Of a DNA stretch of 64,000 bases, positions 21,911 to 31,777 are shown piece by piece. Location of the stretch: positions 128,001 through 192,000 of the forward strand of contig CAWIIV010000014.1 of NCBI GenBank assembly GCA_963836205.1, read 5' to 3'. A program made the position numbers and the translations under genes. Below the pieces are notes generated by a model, which did no database searches, had not been told where the DNA came from, and saw only the letters and a program-made list of their open reading frames with translations. The stretch is from an uncultured Acidimicrobiia bacterium. Lineage in GTDB: Bacteria; Actinomycetota; Acidimicrobiia; Acidimicrobiales; AC-14. Every line of letters starts with the position of its first letter. Positions within the stretch are counted from its first letter, which is position 1.

Positions 21911-22498
21911 TCAGTCTTCTCCTTCAGAGGGGGTGGAGGCAGAGGGGGTGGAGGCAGAGGGGGAGGCAGAGGGGTCGGGGGTGCCGAACGCGAACCGGCT
22001 CAGGCGCTGGGCCACCTTCTGGCCGCCAGCCCGTTCGGTGGCGATCACCAGGAGGGTGTCGTCGCCGGCCACCGTCCCCACGATGTCGGGCAGCGAGGCC
22101 CGGTCGAGGGCGGAGCCGACCACGTGGGCCGACCCGGGCGGGGTGCGGAGGACGACGACATTGTCGGAATAGGCCACCTCCAGCACCCACTCGCCCAGCA
22201 CCCGGCGGAGGTGCTCCTCGGGCGCCAACCGCTCCTTGGCGTGCTCGGGGATGGCGTACATGGGCTCGCCCCCGGCCATCCGCACCTTGACCGCGCCCAG
22301 GTCGTCGAGGTCGCGCGACACGGTGGCCTGGGTGGCCACCACGCCCTCGGCGGCCAGGAGGTCGACGAGCTGGGCCTGGCTGGACACGGCCTGGGCCTCG
22401 ATGATGCGGGCCAACCGGTGCTGGCGCTGGGGCTTGGCCAGCCGCAACGGGCCCCCCGCGATCACGGGGTCCCGCCGGGGCACGCCGGCGTTGGTCAC
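21911..22498 (-). CDS. argR: Arginine repressor
   Basis: SQAQLV..TQATVSRDL, RTPPGSA, GTVAGDDT. Confidence 0.95.
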   Translation of the reverse strand: MTNAGVPRRDPVIAGGPLRLAKPQRQHRLARIIEAQAVSSQAQLVDLLAAEGVVATQATVSRDLDDLGAVKVRMAGGEPMYAIPEHAKERLAPEEHLRRVLGEWVLEVAYSDNVVVLRTPPGSAHVVGSALDRASLPDIVGTVAGDDTLLVIATERAGGQKVAQRLSRFAFGTPDPSASPSASTPSASTPSEGED

Positions 22499-22507
22499 GC
22501 GCCGCCC

Positions 22508-22623
22508 GCCAACCAGTGACGGATCCGGTGGTCCTGGCCACCGAAAACGTCACCGGTTCGTACGGGGTGGGCCAACCGGTGACGGCTCCGGTGGTCCTGG
22601 CCACCGAAAACGTCACCGGTTCG
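22508..22623. repeat. Two tandem copies (63-bp period) of a palindromic REP-like element
   Basis: AACC(A/G)GTGACG..CGGTGG..CCACCG..CGTCACCGGTT occurs at 22508 and 22571. Confidence 0.8.
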
Positions 22624-22637
22624 CACCGCAGTGGCAT

Positions 22638-23519
22638 TCATGAGCGGGCTCCGAGGAGCCAGAGGAGGAGGCCGCGCTGGGCATGGACCCGGTTGGCGGC
22701 CTGGCGCCACACCGCGCTCTGGGGGCTGTCGATGACCGAGGCCGAGACCTCTTCGCCCCGGTGGGCGGGCAGGCAGTGGAGGAAGACGGCGTGGGGCGCG
22801 GCCGCGGCCAGCATGGCGTCATCGACGGTGAAGCCGGCGAAGTCCTCCCGGCGGCGGGTGGCCTGGCCCTCCTGGCCCATCGAGGCCCACACGTCGGTGT
22901 AGACGGCGTCGGCCCCCGACACCGCGGCCAAGGGGTCGTTGCCGACCTCGACACCATCGCCGTCGCCGGGATCGGGCCGGGGGGGCTCGTAGCCGGCCGG
23001 CGTGGCCACCCGGACGGTCATCCCGGCCAGGGCGCCGGCCTTCATCAGCGACCGGCACACGTTGTTGCCGTCGCCCACGTAGGCCACCGTCAGCCCCTTG
23101 AGCCGGCCGAAGCTCTGGCGCAGGGTGAGGAGGTCGGCCAGCGTCTGGCAGGGGTGGGCGTCGTCGGACAGGAGGTTGACCACCGGCACCGTCGCCGCCC
23201 CCGCCATCCGCACCAGCCGGTCGTGGTGGTAGACGCGGGCGGCCAGGGCCGCGCAGTAGCTCGACAGCACCTTGGCCACGTCCTCCGCCGGCTCGCGGTC
23301 GTCGACGCCCACCTCCTCGGCCCGCAGGCTCACGGGATGCCCGCCGAGCTGCACCACGGCCATCTCCATCGACACCCGGGTGCGGGTGGACGCCTTCTCG
23401 AACAGCAGCGCCACCCCCCGCCCGGCCAGCAGCGGCGGCGGGCTGGGGAGCTCGGCCAGGTCGAGGACGTCGGCCAGCTCGGCGGGATCGAGGTCGTCGA
23501 CGTCGAGCAGGTGTCTCAT
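22638..23519 (-). CDS. argF: Ornithine carbamoyltransferase
   Basis: [27 protein letters not shown]. Confidence 0.97.
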   Translation of the reverse strand: MRHLLDVDDLDPAELADVLDLAELPSPPPLLAGRGVALLFEKASTRTRVSMEMAVVQLGGHPVSLRAEEVGVDDREPAEDVAKVLSSYCAALAARVYHHDRLVRMAGAATVPVVNLLSDDAHPCQTLADLLTLRQSFGRLKGLTVAYVGDGNNVCRSLMKAGALAGMTVRVATPAGYEPPRPDPGDGDGVEVGNDPLAAVSGADAVYTDVWASMGQEGQATRRREDFAGFTVDDAMLAAAAPHAVFLHCLPAHRGEEVSASVIDSPQSAVWRQAANRVHAQRGLLLWLLGARS

Positions 23520-24682
23520 CGGGCCAGCACCTCCCTCAGGACGGCCAGCGCCTGGTCGATCTCGTCGTCGGTGACGAGGAGCGACGGGGCGAGGCGGATG
23601 GCGGTGGGCGTGACCGGGTTGACGACCAGGCCCCGAGCGAGCGCGGCCAGGGCCACGTCGCGCGCCGCCGGCCCGTCCGGCGAGAGCTCGGCCGCCAGCA
23701 GCAGGCCCAGCCCTCGCACCGACACCACGCCCGGCAGCGCGGCCAGCCCGGCGGTCAGGCGGGCCCCGGCCCGCGTCGCGCGGGCCGGCACGTCCTCCGC
23801 CTCCATGACCGCCAGGACGGCCCGGGCGGCGGCGGTGGCCAGGGGCTGGCCGCCGTAGGTGGTGCCGTGGTCGCCGGGGCGGAAGGCGTCGGCGATCTCG
23901 GCCCGGGCCCAGCAGGCGCCGATGGGCATGCCGTTGCCGAGGGCCTTGGCCAGGGTGACGACGTCGGGCCGGATGCCGTCGTGCTCGAACCCGAACCACC
24001 GGCCGGTGCGGCCGAGGCCGGTCTGGACCTCGTCGACGATGAGCAGGACGCCCTTCTCGTCGCACAGCCGGCGAACCTCGGCCAGCCAGCCCCGGGGCGC
24101 CACGTTGACCCCGCCCTCGCCCTGCACCGGCTCCAGCAGCACCGCCGCGATCGACGGGTCGATGGCCGCGGCTAGGGCGTCGAGGTCGCCCAGGGCGACG
24201 TGGCGGAAGCCGGGCGGCAAGGGCTGGAAGGGCTCGTGCTTGGCCGGCTGTCCGGTGGCGTGGAGGGTGGCCAGGGTACGACCGTGGAACGACCCGTAGG
24301 CGCTGACCACCCCGTAGCGTCCGGGGCCGCCCCACCGGCGGGCGAGCTTGATGGCGCACTCGTTGGCCTCGGCGCCCGAGTTGCAGAAGAAGACGCGTCC
24401 CCCGCCGCCCAGCAGGCGGTCGAGGGTGGCCGCCACCTCGGGCCCGACCACGTTGCCGTAGAGGTTGCTCACGTGGACCAGGGTGCGGGCCTGCTCGGCG
24501 ATGGCGTCGGCCACGGCCGGGTGGCAGTGACCGAGGGACGTGACCGCCAGCCCGCCGAGGAAGTCGAGGTAACCCTTCCCGTCGGCGTCGAACAGCCACG
24601 ACCCCTCCCCCCGCACGAACGTGACCGGCGGGGGGGCGTAGTTGCGCATGAGCACGTCGGACAGAACGGGCGCCGCACTCAC
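23516..24682 (-). CDS. argD: Acetylornithine aminotransferase
   Basis: [33 protein letters not shown]. Confidence 0.96.
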   Translation of the reverse strand: MSAAPVLSDVLMRNYAPPPVTFVRGEGSWLFDADGKGYLDFLGGLAVTSLGHCHPAVADAIAEQARTLVHVSNLYGNVVGPEVAATLDRLLGGGGRVFFCNSGAEANECAIKLARRWGGPGRYGVVSAYGSFHGRTLATLHATGQPAKHEPFQPLPPGFRHVALGDLDALAAAIDPSIAAVLLEPVQGEGGVNVAPRGWLAEVRRLCDEKGVLLIVDEVQTGLGRTGRWFGFEHDGIRPDVVTLAKALGNGMPIGACWARAEIADAFRPGDHGTTYGGQPLATAAARAVLAVMEAEDVPARATRAGARLTAGLAALPGVVSVRGLGLLLAAELSPDGPAARDVALAALARGLVVNPVTPTAIRLAPSLLVTDDEIDQALAVLREVLAR

Positions 24683-25536
24683 GGCGTCACCATCGTGCCG
24701 ACGCCCTCGCTGGTGAAGACCTCCAGGAGCAGGGCGTGGGGCACCCGCCCGTCGAGGATGTGGGCGTGGCCGACACCGTTGCGGACGGCCCGCACGCAGG
24801 AGACGATCTTGGGGATCATCCCCCCCTTGACCCGACCGGTGGCGAGGAGGGCCTCCAAATCGTCGGCCGACGTGGTGGTGATGAGGCTGAAGGGGTTGCC
24901 CACCTCCGACAGCAGGCCGACCACGTCGGTGAGGTAGACGAGCTTCTCCGCCCCCAGGGCCTCGGCCACCGCCCCCGCCACCGTGTCGGCGTTGATGTTG
25001 TAGGCCTGCCCCTCGGCGTCGGAGCCGATGGTGGCCAGCACCGGGATGAGCTCCTCCGCGATCAGGCGCTCGAGCAGGCCCGGGTTGACGCCCTGTACGT
25101 CGCCCACGAAGCCCAGCTCGGGCGACCGGGCGCTGGCCACGATGAGGCTGGCGTCCTCCCCCGAGAGGCCCACCGCCAGCGCCCCGTGCACGTTGATGCT
25201 GGCCACGATGTCGCGGTTGACCTTGCCCACCAGCACCATGCGGGCGATGTCGAGGGTGTCGGCGTCGGTGACCCGGAGGCCGTCGAGGAACTCGGGCACC
25301 TTGCCCAGGCGCTGCATCAGCTCGCCGATCTGGGGCCCGCCGCCGTGGACGACGATGGGGCGAATGCCGACCATCCGCATGAGGACCACGTCCTGGGCGA
25401 ACAGCGACCCCAGGCTGGGGTCGGTCATGGCCGCCCCGCCGTACTTGATGACGACGACCTTGCCCGAGAACCGGCGGATGTAGGGCAGGGCGTCGGCCAG
25501 CACCGCGGCCTTGGCCAGGGCAGTGGTGAGGTTCAT
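24679..25536 (-). CDS. argB: Acetylglutamate kinase
   Basis: [28 protein letters not shown]. Confidence 0.96.
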   Translation of the reverse strand: MNLTTALAKAAVLADALPYIRRFSGKVVVIKYGGAAMTDPSLGSLFAQDVVLMRMVGIRPIVVHGGGPQIGELMQRLGKVPEFLDGLRVTDADTLDIARMVLVGKVNRDIVASINVHGALAVGLSGEDASLIVASARSPELGFVGDVQGVNPGLLERLIAEELIPVLATIGSDAEGQAYNINADTVAGAVAEALGAEKLVYLTDVVGLLSEVGNPFSLITTTSADDLEALLATGRVKGGMIPKIVSCVRAVRNGVGHAHILDGRVPHALLLEVFTSEGVGTMVTP

Positions 25537-26690
25537 GAGGTGCGCATGTTCTCGTCGATGTAGCCGGGGGTGAGGTCGGTGAAGAGCATGGCCGCCCGGC
25601 CCTCGCCCAGGCCCAGGTCGGCGGTGATGACGACGTCGCGGTCGGCCAGGTGCGCGGCCACCGCGGCGGTGTCGTGGTCGGCTGCGATCCCGTCCCGGCA
25701 AACCTCGACCCCGCCGTAGGAGATCGTGACCCGAGACCCGTCGAAGTCGGCGCCCGAACTGCCCAGCTCGCTGATGATGCGGCCCCAGTAAGGGTCGGCG
25801 CCGAACAGCGAGCACTGCACCAGCTGGCTCTCGGCGATCTTGCGGGCGGCGCGGCGGGCGTCGGCGTGGGACGCCGCCCCGTGGACCCGGATGCGGGCCA
25901 GCTTGGTGGCCCCCTCGGCGTCGGCCGCCATCTGCTCGGCCAGGGCGTTGCAGGCGTCGGCCAGCACCGAGGCGTCGAGCGGGCGCCCGGAGCGGCCGTT
26001 GGCCAGCACGATCACGGTGTCGTTGGTCGAGGTGCACCCGTCGACGACGAGGGCGTTGAACGAACCCGCCACCGCCTCCCGCAGCTGCCCGACGAGCAGG
26101 TCGGGGTCGGCGACGGCGTCGGTGGTGAACACGGCCAGCATGGTGGCCATGTCGGGCGCGAGCATGGCCGCCCCCTTGGCCATCCCGCCCACGGTGTAGC
26201 CGTTGACCGTGATCGACACCTCCTTGGGCACGGTGTCGGTGGTCATGATGGCGTGGGCGGCGGCCAGCCCCCCGTCCGCCCGCCGAGCGGCCACCAGGGC
26301 GGGGATGCCGTTCTCGACCGCGGCCATGGGCAGGTAGTAGCCGATGAGGCCGGTTGAGCAGATCAGCACCTCGGCCGTCTCGCACCCGAGGCCGGCAGCC
26401 ACCAGCTCGCACATGCGCTCGGCATCGGCGTCACCGGTCGCGCCGGTGGCGGCGTTGGCGCAGCCGCTGTTGACGACCACCGCCGAGGCCCGTCCGCCGG
26501 TGGCGGCCAGGTGGGCGCGGGTGACGTTCACCGGCCCGGCCGTGGCCTTGTTGGTGGTGAACACCGCCGCGGCCACGACCGGCCGGCCGTCGTCGGTGGC
26601 CACCAGGGACAGGTCGGAATCGCCGCTGGCCTTGATCCCGGCAGCCACGCCCGCAGCCACGAAGCCCTCGGGAGACGTCACGCCGCTCAC
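25533..26690 (-). CDS. argJ: Bifunctional glutamate N-acetyltransferase
   Basis: NSGCANAATG, IMTTDT, KGAAMLAPDMATML, STNDT. Confidence 0.96.
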   Translation of the reverse strand: MSGVTSPEGFVAAGVAAGIKASGDSDLSLVATDDGRPVVAAAVFTTNKATAGPVNVTRAHLAATGGRASAVVVNSGCANAATGATGDADAERMCELVAAGLGCETAEVLICSTGLIGYYLPMAAVENGIPALVAARRADGGLAAAHAIMTTDTVPKEVSITVNGYTVGGMAKGAAMLAPDMATMLAVFTTDAVADPDLLVGQLREAVAGSFNALVVDGCTSTNDTVIVLANGRSGRPLDASVLADACNALAEQMAADAEGATKLARIRVHGAASHADARRAARKIAESQLVQCSLFGADPYWGRIISELGSSGADFDGSRVTISYGGVEVCRDGIAADHDTAAVAAHLADRDVVITADLGLGEGRAAMLFTDLTPGYIDENMRTS

Positions 26691-27709
26691 GGGTACACCC
26701 CCACCGGCGACAGGCCCGCGGTCTCGTCGAGGCCGAGGACGATGTTGGCGCACTGGACGGCCTGCCCCGACGCCCCCTTGACCAGGTTGTCGATGGCGGC
26801 CAGGACCACCACCCACCCGGTGCGGGGGTCGAAGCGGGCGGTGAGGTGGGCGGTGTTCGATCCCCAGGCGGCCTTGGTGGACGGGGGCCCGTCGCCGACG
26901 ACCACGAACGGTTCGCCCGCGTAGGTGTCGCGGAGCAGTTCGAGGAGGGCGGCGGTCGACGTGGGACCGGCGGGGCGGGCGTAGCAGGTGGCCAGGATGC
27001 CCCTGGTCATGGGGGCGAGGTGGGGGGTGAAGAGGACGGTGGCTCCGGTGGCCTGCTCGATCTCGGGCGTATGGCGGTGGTCGAGGAGGCCGTAGGCGAC
27101 GAAGTCCTCGTTGACGGTGCCGAAGTGGGACGTGTGGCGCAGGGTGCGACCGGCCCCCGACACCCCGCTGGCGGCGTCGACCACGATCCCCTCGGGCTCG
27201 ACCACCCCCGCCGCCACCAGGGGGGCGAGGGCAAGGGCGGCGGCCGTCGGGTAGCAGCCGGGGGCGGCCACCGCGGTGGCACCGACGATGTCCTTGCGGT
27301 GCAGCTCGGGCAGGCCGTAGGCGAAGCGTGGGAGAAGGTCGGGGGCGGTGTGGGCCTCGCCGTACCATCGCTGGTAGGCGGACGGGTCCTTCAGCCGGAA
27401 GTCGGCGGCCAGGTCGACGACGCGGGTGCCGGGAGCGGCGGCCAGCAGCTCGGGCACCAGCTTCTGGGACGCCCCGTGGGGAAGGGCCAGGAAGACGAGG
27501 TCGACGCCGGCGGCCATGGCCGGGTCGCACGAGTCGAACACCATGGTCGGGTAGGCGGCGGCCAGGCTCGGGTAGAGGGCGCCGACGGCGGTGCCGGCCT
27601 GGGTGTCACCCGTCGCCCACGCCACCCGGAGGTGGGGATGGCCGTGGGCCAGGCGCAACAGCTCGGCGCCCGTGTACCCCGACCCCCCGACGATCCCGAC
27701 TTCGGCCAT
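26687..27709 (-). CDS. argC: N-acetyl-gamma-glutamyl-phosphate reductase
   Basis: GGSGYTGAEL, PGCYPT, DNLVKGASGQAVQ. Confidence 0.97.
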   Translation of the reverse strand: MAEVGIVGGSGYTGAELLRLAHGHPHLRVAWATGDTQAGTAVGALYPSLAAAYPTMVFDSCDPAMAAGVDLVFLALPHGASQKLVPELLAAAPGTRVVDLAADFRLKDPSAYQRWYGEAHTAPDLLPRFAYGLPELHRKDIVGATAVAAPGCYPTAAALALAPLVAAGVVEPEGIVVDAASGVSGAGRTLRHTSHFGTVNEDFVAYGLLDHRHTPEIEQATGATVLFTPHLAPMTRGILATCYARPAGPTSTAALLELLRDTYAGEPFVVVGDGPPSTKAAWGSNTAHLTARFDPRTGWVVVLAAIDNLVKGASGQAVQCANIVLGLDETAGLSPVGVYP

Positions 27710-27715
27710 CCGCCG

Positions 27716-27744
27716 AGCATACACACCGCTGCATCATTATGCGA
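27716..27744 (-). promoter_or_regulatory. ARG box operator plus -10 element of the arg operon
   Basis: CGCATAATGATGCA resembles the actinobacterial ARG box (TGCATAnnnATGCA); TATGCT lies 6 nt before the argC ATG. Confidence 0.7.
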
Positions 27745-27779
27745 GCGGATTAACCCGGGCTCACGGGCGCCCGGTCGGG

Positions 27780-28985
27780 TCAGGGGTGCCGGCAGAACTG
27801 GGTCTCGTCGTCGAACCGGGGGGCCAGGTCGAGCGGCTCGAAGCCCCCGACCATGACGAGGTCCCAGTCGCCGCGGAACGGCTCCTCGGTTCCGAACCGC
27901 CAACTCCCGAAAACGACCTCCCCGGTCGGTGTCGAGGCCAGCGTCCACTCGACGTCGCCGGCGTCGTCGGGGGGTTGACGGGTCGACGTGTGACACCACC
28001 ACCCACGGAACACGCCATCGGGCGAGATCCGGCCGACGACCGTCCCCGTGCCGAGCCGGTACACGGCCCGCAGCTCGTCGCCGACCTCACGAATGACGAC
28101 GACCCCGTACGTGTCTGAGTTCCACACACCGGCCAACTTGCTCGGCGTGAGGTCGAGCTTGATCTCGTCGTCGGCCAGGACATGAGGCTCGTCCCTCGCC
28201 CAGAACGTGGCCAGGGCGCCGGCCTTGAAGTGGTTGCTGCTGACGGAGACGTCGCCCGAGAACGGGTAGTTCATCACGATGGTGAGCAGGTAACAGAACG
28301 ACACCACGGTGGCGAGCAGGCCCATGTGTATGAACCGGGGTCGCAACGGCATCCTCGACCGGTATTCGAAGACGAGCAGGAGCAGGACACCCAGCGGGAG
28401 GATGACTCGCAGCAGGGCGGGAAGGTCGGACGAGCTCAGGCTGAGGCGCTCCCGCCGAGCCGAGGTCACCTCTGAAAGCTGGTCCACCGCCTTGCTGTAG
28501 AACTCGGCTTCCACCCCGTCGGCCGGCGGCGGACTGTAGGACTGGTAGAGGGCGTACAACGACTCGAGGGCGGCTGAGGCGCGCGGGCTGCCTTCACCGT
28601 CGCCGGTGCGCATGGTGTCCCACTCTGTTTCGACGATGGCGTGGACGTACTGGTTGATGCCTGAGTCCAACCGTCGCTGCTGGTCAAAGGGCAGCCCGTC
28701 GTTGGCCCGCTTCATGTGGGACAGGGTGGAGGCCTCGGCGGCCACCGAGGCCTCCGCGGTCGAGAAGCTGTCGAGAACCGAGCCGATGACGAAGGCGAGG
28801 ATGAGCGCGAAGACGAGCTCGTAGACCACTCGGAGCCCGTCGACGGTGTCCTCGAAGGGACCATCGGCCAGGTTGGGGAAGAACTTGTTGGCCACGAGCA
28901 CCCCGACCAACGCCAAGGCGACCGTGCCCCCGACGAACATGAGAATGATCGTCGTCGACGAATACGAATTGAGCAGCGAGCGCAT
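27780..28985 (-). CDS. DUF4239-like membrane protein with an extra C-terminal soluble domain
   Basis: TM pair, AEASTL..YVHAIVETEW..M, RRERL, second TM pair and YPFSGDVSVS, followed by a Trp/Gly-rich beta-type domain. Confidence 0.7.
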   Translation of the reverse strand: MRSLLNSYSSTTIILMFVGGTVALALVGVLVANKFFPNLADGPFEDTVDGLRVVYELVFALILAFVIGSVLDSFSTAEASVAAEASTLSHMKRANDGLPFDQQRRLDSGINQYVHAIVETEWDTMRTGDGEGSPRASAALESLYALYQSYSPPPADGVEAEFYSKAVDQLSEVTSARRERLSLSSSDLPALLRVILPLGVLLLLVFEYRSRMPLRPRFIHMGLLATVVSFCYLLTIVMNYPFSGDVSVSSNHFKAGALATFWARDEPHVLADDEIKLDLTPSKLAGVWNSDTYGVVVIREVGDELRAVYRLGTGTVVGRISPDGVFRGWWCHTSTRQPPDDAGDVEWTLASTPTGEVVFGSWRFGTEEPFRGDWDLVMVGGFEPLDLAPRFDDETQFCRHP

Positions 28986-29129
28986 CAGTCGAGGCCCCCA
29001 CGGCCGAGGCTCCGAGCCGGGCCGTTACGCAAACGACCCGGGCCCGAAGATCGGCCTCGTTCCTATCGCCCTAGTCGCCGATGGGCATGGAGCACGACGC
29101 CCACGCGGTGCCGAGCGGGATGCGCGCTC

Positions 29130-30929
29130 CTACTCGTGATGCACCGCCACCGGGAGCTTCTCGACCACCGAAACCGCCTCCATCATGCCCAGATCCTCGT
29201 GATCGAGGACATGGCAGTGCATGACGAAGGTGCCGGTGAAGTCCTTGTAGTCGGTGTAGATCCAGACGGGTACCGCCGGCTCCCCGAATGGAGGGGCGGG
29301 TACGAGGACCGTGTCCCTCCAAACCAGGGCCGTGCCCTCCGGTCCTTCCCGCTCCACCTGGAACGGATTGATGTGGATGTGGAAGATGTGCTCCACCGGG
29401 GGAACTCGTTGTGCCGGGTCGAGAGGCACGCCCTCGGGGTCGCCCTCGGCGATGATCCTCCAGGCATCGGTCGAGTTGAGCTCCACGTACCGGATTTGCG
29501 TCTCGGTAAAGGCGTGCCCGTTGACCTGGAAGTAGTGCTGGGCCGAAGCCTGGAGGTCGCTCCCGACCAGGAACTGGACTTGCTGCACACCTACCGCCGG
29601 ATTCACCTTGGTGCGCAGGTCTTCGCCCGCCCTGAACGCAAGTGGCGCCATCTCGGCATCGGTGGGCAGCGCCATGTCGATCGGATCGCCTTCGATCTTC
29701 ACCGTGGCGAGGAGCACCTTGTCCTCCGCGGTGCCGCGCACCGAGTCTTCGGCCGGCACCGCTGCGTCGTAGAACTCGTAAGTGCCCGGCGTGGAGCTGG
29801 CCTTGACCACGACGTCACTGCGGTAGCCGGACTCCATGGGGAGGCTCTGGTCGGTTCCCCACGTGTCGACCTTGCCCGTGTACAGGCCGTCGAGCGCGAT
29901 CTCGTGGAGCTCGTGACCCTCGAGGCGGAGGTGCAGGCTCTCCCGGAAGGTGCCGTCGACCAACCGCCAGCGTTGGACCTCTCCCGGCTGCATCCGGATG
30001 ACCGGGGCGATCAACCCGTTCACGACCGTGCGCCGGTTGGAGTGCTGCCACGTGCAGTTGTCCTGGCCCTTTTCGCAGAACACCTTGGTGTCGGGGGAGT
30101 CGGGGAAGGAGGCCTCGATGTTGTCGACCGCGCCGTGGGTGTCGTAGAGGATCTGTTCGAAGACGATGACCTTCTCGCGCGCGGTGGCCTCTCGCAGGGA
30201 CGCCGGCAGCTTGGCCGCGTCGTCCTCGATGATGAGGGCACCGACCATGCCGCTGCCCACCTGGATCGAGCTCGAGCCGTGGGCGTGGGCGTGGTACCAG
30301 TAGGTGCCCGCGGGGTGGTCGGCCGGCAGCCTGAACTGGTAGTGGAAGTCGGTACCGGGCCCGACCGCGATCAGGACGTTGTCGCTGTTTCCCTGCGGCG
30401 AAACGTGCAGGCCATGGGTATGGATGTTGGTGGTGTTGAAGGAGTTCGGCTCCATGATCAGGTGCGCGTTCGCCGTCTCCTGGGCGATATCACGGGCCGG
30501 ATCGCCGAGTGGCAGCTCGTTCTTCAGCGTGAAGTCGATGGTTTCACCGGCCTTGGCCCGGATGGTGGGGCCGATGAGCTTTCCGTTGTAGGAGCGGAGC
30601 TTCACCTCGCATCCGCCGATGGTGGTGCCCGCATCCGAGTACTTCACTGAGAGCGTCTGCGAAGCATCGGTGAAACGCGCATCCGGTGGGTTCGCGAAAT
30701 CAAGGCCCCCGAACCTCACGACATCGATCGGGTCATAGGGGCAGGGGCCGTTGGTCAGCGGACCCGCATTTCCCGCCGGCTCGGGCCCCACCGTCTCGGC
30801 CGCTGCCGTCTCTGTCCCCGACCCTCCGGGGGACGCGGTGTCGGAATCGGAATCCGAGTCGCTACAGGCGGCCCCCAAGAGGGCAAACACGGCCACGGAC
30901 ACGATCCCAGACATGAACCGGGTCTTCAT
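29130..30929 (-). CDS. Multicopper oxidase (laccase-like) lipoprotein
   Basis: Four Cu motifs (HTHG, WYHAHAH, HIFHIH, HCHVLDHEDLGMM); lipobox LGAAC. Confidence 0.93.
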   Translation of the reverse strand: MKTRFMSGIVSVAVFALLGAACSDSDSDSDTASPGGSGTETAAAETVGPEPAGNAGPLTNGPCPYDPIDVVRFGGLDFANPPDARFTDASQTLSVKYSDAGTTIGGCEVKLRSYNGKLIGPTIRAKAGETIDFTLKNELPLGDPARDIAQETANAHLIMEPNSFNTTNIHTHGLHVSPQGNSDNVLIAVGPGTDFHYQFRLPADHPAGTYWYHAHAHGSSSIQVGSGMVGALIIEDDAAKLPASLREATAREKVIVFEQILYDTHGAVDNIEASFPDSPDTKVFCEKGQDNCTWQHSNRRTVVNGLIAPVIRMQPGEVQRWRLVDGTFRESLHLRLEGHELHEIALDGLYTGKVDTWGTDQSLPMESGYRSDVVVKASSTPGTYEFYDAAVPAEDSVRGTAEDKVLLATVKIEGDPIDMALPTDAEMAPLAFRAGEDLRTKVNPAVGVQQVQFLVGSDLQASAQHYFQVNGHAFTETQIRYVELNSTDAWRIIAEGDPEGVPLDPAQRVPPVEHIFHIHINPFQVEREGPEGTALVWRDTVLVPAPPFGEPAVPVWIYTDYKDFTGTFVMHCHVLDHEDLGMMEAVSVVEKLPVAVHHE

Positions 30930-31145
30930 GAATCCTCCCGCCCTTCACCTGCGTCGAGCCCCCAGCTCGCGCGGAAGTCTCCAGCGGGACCGGCGCGCTG
31001 TCAAGCCGGCGGGCAGATTTCGCTCGAATGCGATATCGCCGTCGGGAAATGGCGCCGCGACCGGACGCCGTCATGACGCGATGAAACCGGTTTCAGCCCC
31101 GTGACGACGCAGATGTGACCGCCCTGCCGGGGAGCTGACTTGGCG

Positions 31146-31574
31146 CTACTCCATCCAGATGTCGTACTTCTCGCCCAAGGCGTTCACCACGTCTTCGTCC
31201 GAGAGCTTCTCGCCGAGGGCGGCGAGCTCGGCGAGGTAAAGGTCGAAGCCGCCCGGGGTGAAGACGGTGATCAGCCGGGCACCGTCGGGGGCGTGAGCCT
31301 CGTGCCACTCGCCTGCGGGGACGGTGACCGTCGTGCCGGCACTCGCAGTGACCGTCTCGTCGTCGAAGGTGAAGACGATCTCGCCTTCGAGGACCACGAA
31401 GATCTCGACCATCGAGCGGTGGTGATGCCGGGGGAGATGGAATCCGGGCTTGAGGGTGTCCTCGACGACCGTGACCCGTCCGTCGGCCATCCCCACCGGC
31501 GTCTTGACGAAGACGTGGTCGCTTTCCCACTCGTACTCGGCGCCCTCACCAGGGAGCACGACGCTGTGTCGCAT
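31146..31574 (-). CDS. Cupin domain protein
   Basis: PRHHH..EIFVVLEG and VPAGEWH cupin motifs. Confidence 0.88.
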   Translation of the reverse strand: MRHSVVLPGEGAEYEWESDHVFVKTPVGMADGRVTVVEDTLKPGFHLPRHHHRSMVEIFVVLEGEIVFTFDDETVTASAGTTVTVPAGEWHEAHAPDGARLITVFTPGGFDLYLAELAALGEKLSDEDVVNALGEKYDIWME

Positions 31575-31777
31575 GTCGGCGGCCTACCTTTCAACGACGC
31601 ACGAGAGGGCTTCGGGTGCATTTCTCGCCACCTGTGGTCGAAGCCTAACCCCGAACCTCGGCACTCGGCGCTGACAGCCGTGGGGTCCGGGGTTCCACCA
31701 GGTGCTGCCTGCGCCGGGCCACGGAGCCCGACCGGCGGGTGTGTTGAGAAAGCGCTGCTCCTCGGTAGAGTTGCTCT

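Noticed and set aside
22508-22623. Possible mini-CRISPR
   Set aside because: Only two long palindromic units with a 10-bp gap, and no cas operon.
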